In this document: positions 63,885-64,000 of the stretch, piece by piece
Numbering within the stretch: the first letter of the stretch is position 1
How the letters are laid out: each line of letters starts with the position of its first letter
Source of the DNA: Fibrobacteria bacterium
GTDB lineage: Bacteria; Fibrobacterota; Chitinivibrionia; Chitinivibrionales; FEN-1185
DNA: 64,000 nucleotides
Direction of reading: 5' to 3'
Assembly (NCBI GenBank): GCA_037447435.1
Contig: JBBIGR010000023.1
Span: 1 to 64,000, forward strand
Made by a program: the position numbers and the translations under genes
Notes under the pieces: generated by a model
The model's database searches: none
Seen by the model: only the letters and a program-made list of their open reading frames with translations
Told to the model about the DNA's origin: nothing

Positions 63885-64000
63885 TCTGACTTGAAAACTG
63901 GCACTTTTCCATCCGACAGAACGAGTAGAAGGCATGCGTCCCATATGGGACGCGCTTTCTTTCGTCTTGTCGGATAGGTATGCCAGTACCTCAAGTCAGG
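63885..64000. other. long imperfect inverted repeat (>=115 nt hairpin), possibly continuing beyond the window
   Basis: Nested pairings CTGACTTGA/TCAAGTCAG, ACTGGCA/TGCCAGT, ATCCGACA/TGTCGGAT, ACGA/TCGT and AGAAGGC/GCTTTCT around the perfect palindrome GCGTCCCATATGGGACGC. Confidence 0.8.

Larger units (their letters stand above)
61091..64000. mobile_element. left end of a probable integrative element adjacent to tRNA-Ser(CGA)
   Basis: Integrase next to a tRNA, followed by AT-richer, gene-sparse sequence. The right boundary is outside the window. Confidence 0.55.

Overview
Bacterial chromosomal window of moderate GC. The gene content (lipoproteins with InlB-B repeats, a PEGA Ser/Thr kinase) tentatively suggests Fibrobacterota/Chitinivibrionia; this is inference only. 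Four blocks are visible. (1) 1-5.7 kb: a partial GGAI-repeat beta-helix protein, nadC, a FecR-domain protein and a GT-C-like membrane protein. (2) 5.7-14.4 kb: a divergent ACP-dependent lipid/secondary-metabolite cluster with a cobalamin radical-SAM enzyme, ACP, thioesterase, FabF, a DarB/FabH-like KAS III, a FabD-like AT, a 3-hydroxyacyl-CoA dehydrogenase, two crotonases and two complementary half-PPTases. Several of these enzymes have altered catalytic residues, and a second B12 radical SAM gene lies at 17.6-19.1 kb. (3) 14.5-28.1 kb: core genes (hisD, floA, brnTA, tRNA-Cys, tRNA-Gly, gatB, miaB, pgpA, recR, ybaB, dnaX with an A10 slippage site, SRP RNA, tRNA-Ser). (4) 28.1-61 kb: a block bracketed by two tRNA-Ser genes, carrying six sigma54 promoter motifs and a repeated 15-bp enhancer-like motif. 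It holds a 1900-aa repeat lipoprotein, a kinase, pirin, a Wzx/Wzy exopolysaccharide locus whose priming transferase carries a degenerate GGDEF-like domain, and an NtrC-type activator. The window ends with a tyrosine integrase on the 5' side of tRNA-Ser(CGA) and a long imperfect hairpin cut by the window edge. All product calls come from motif recognition by eye; no database searches were run.
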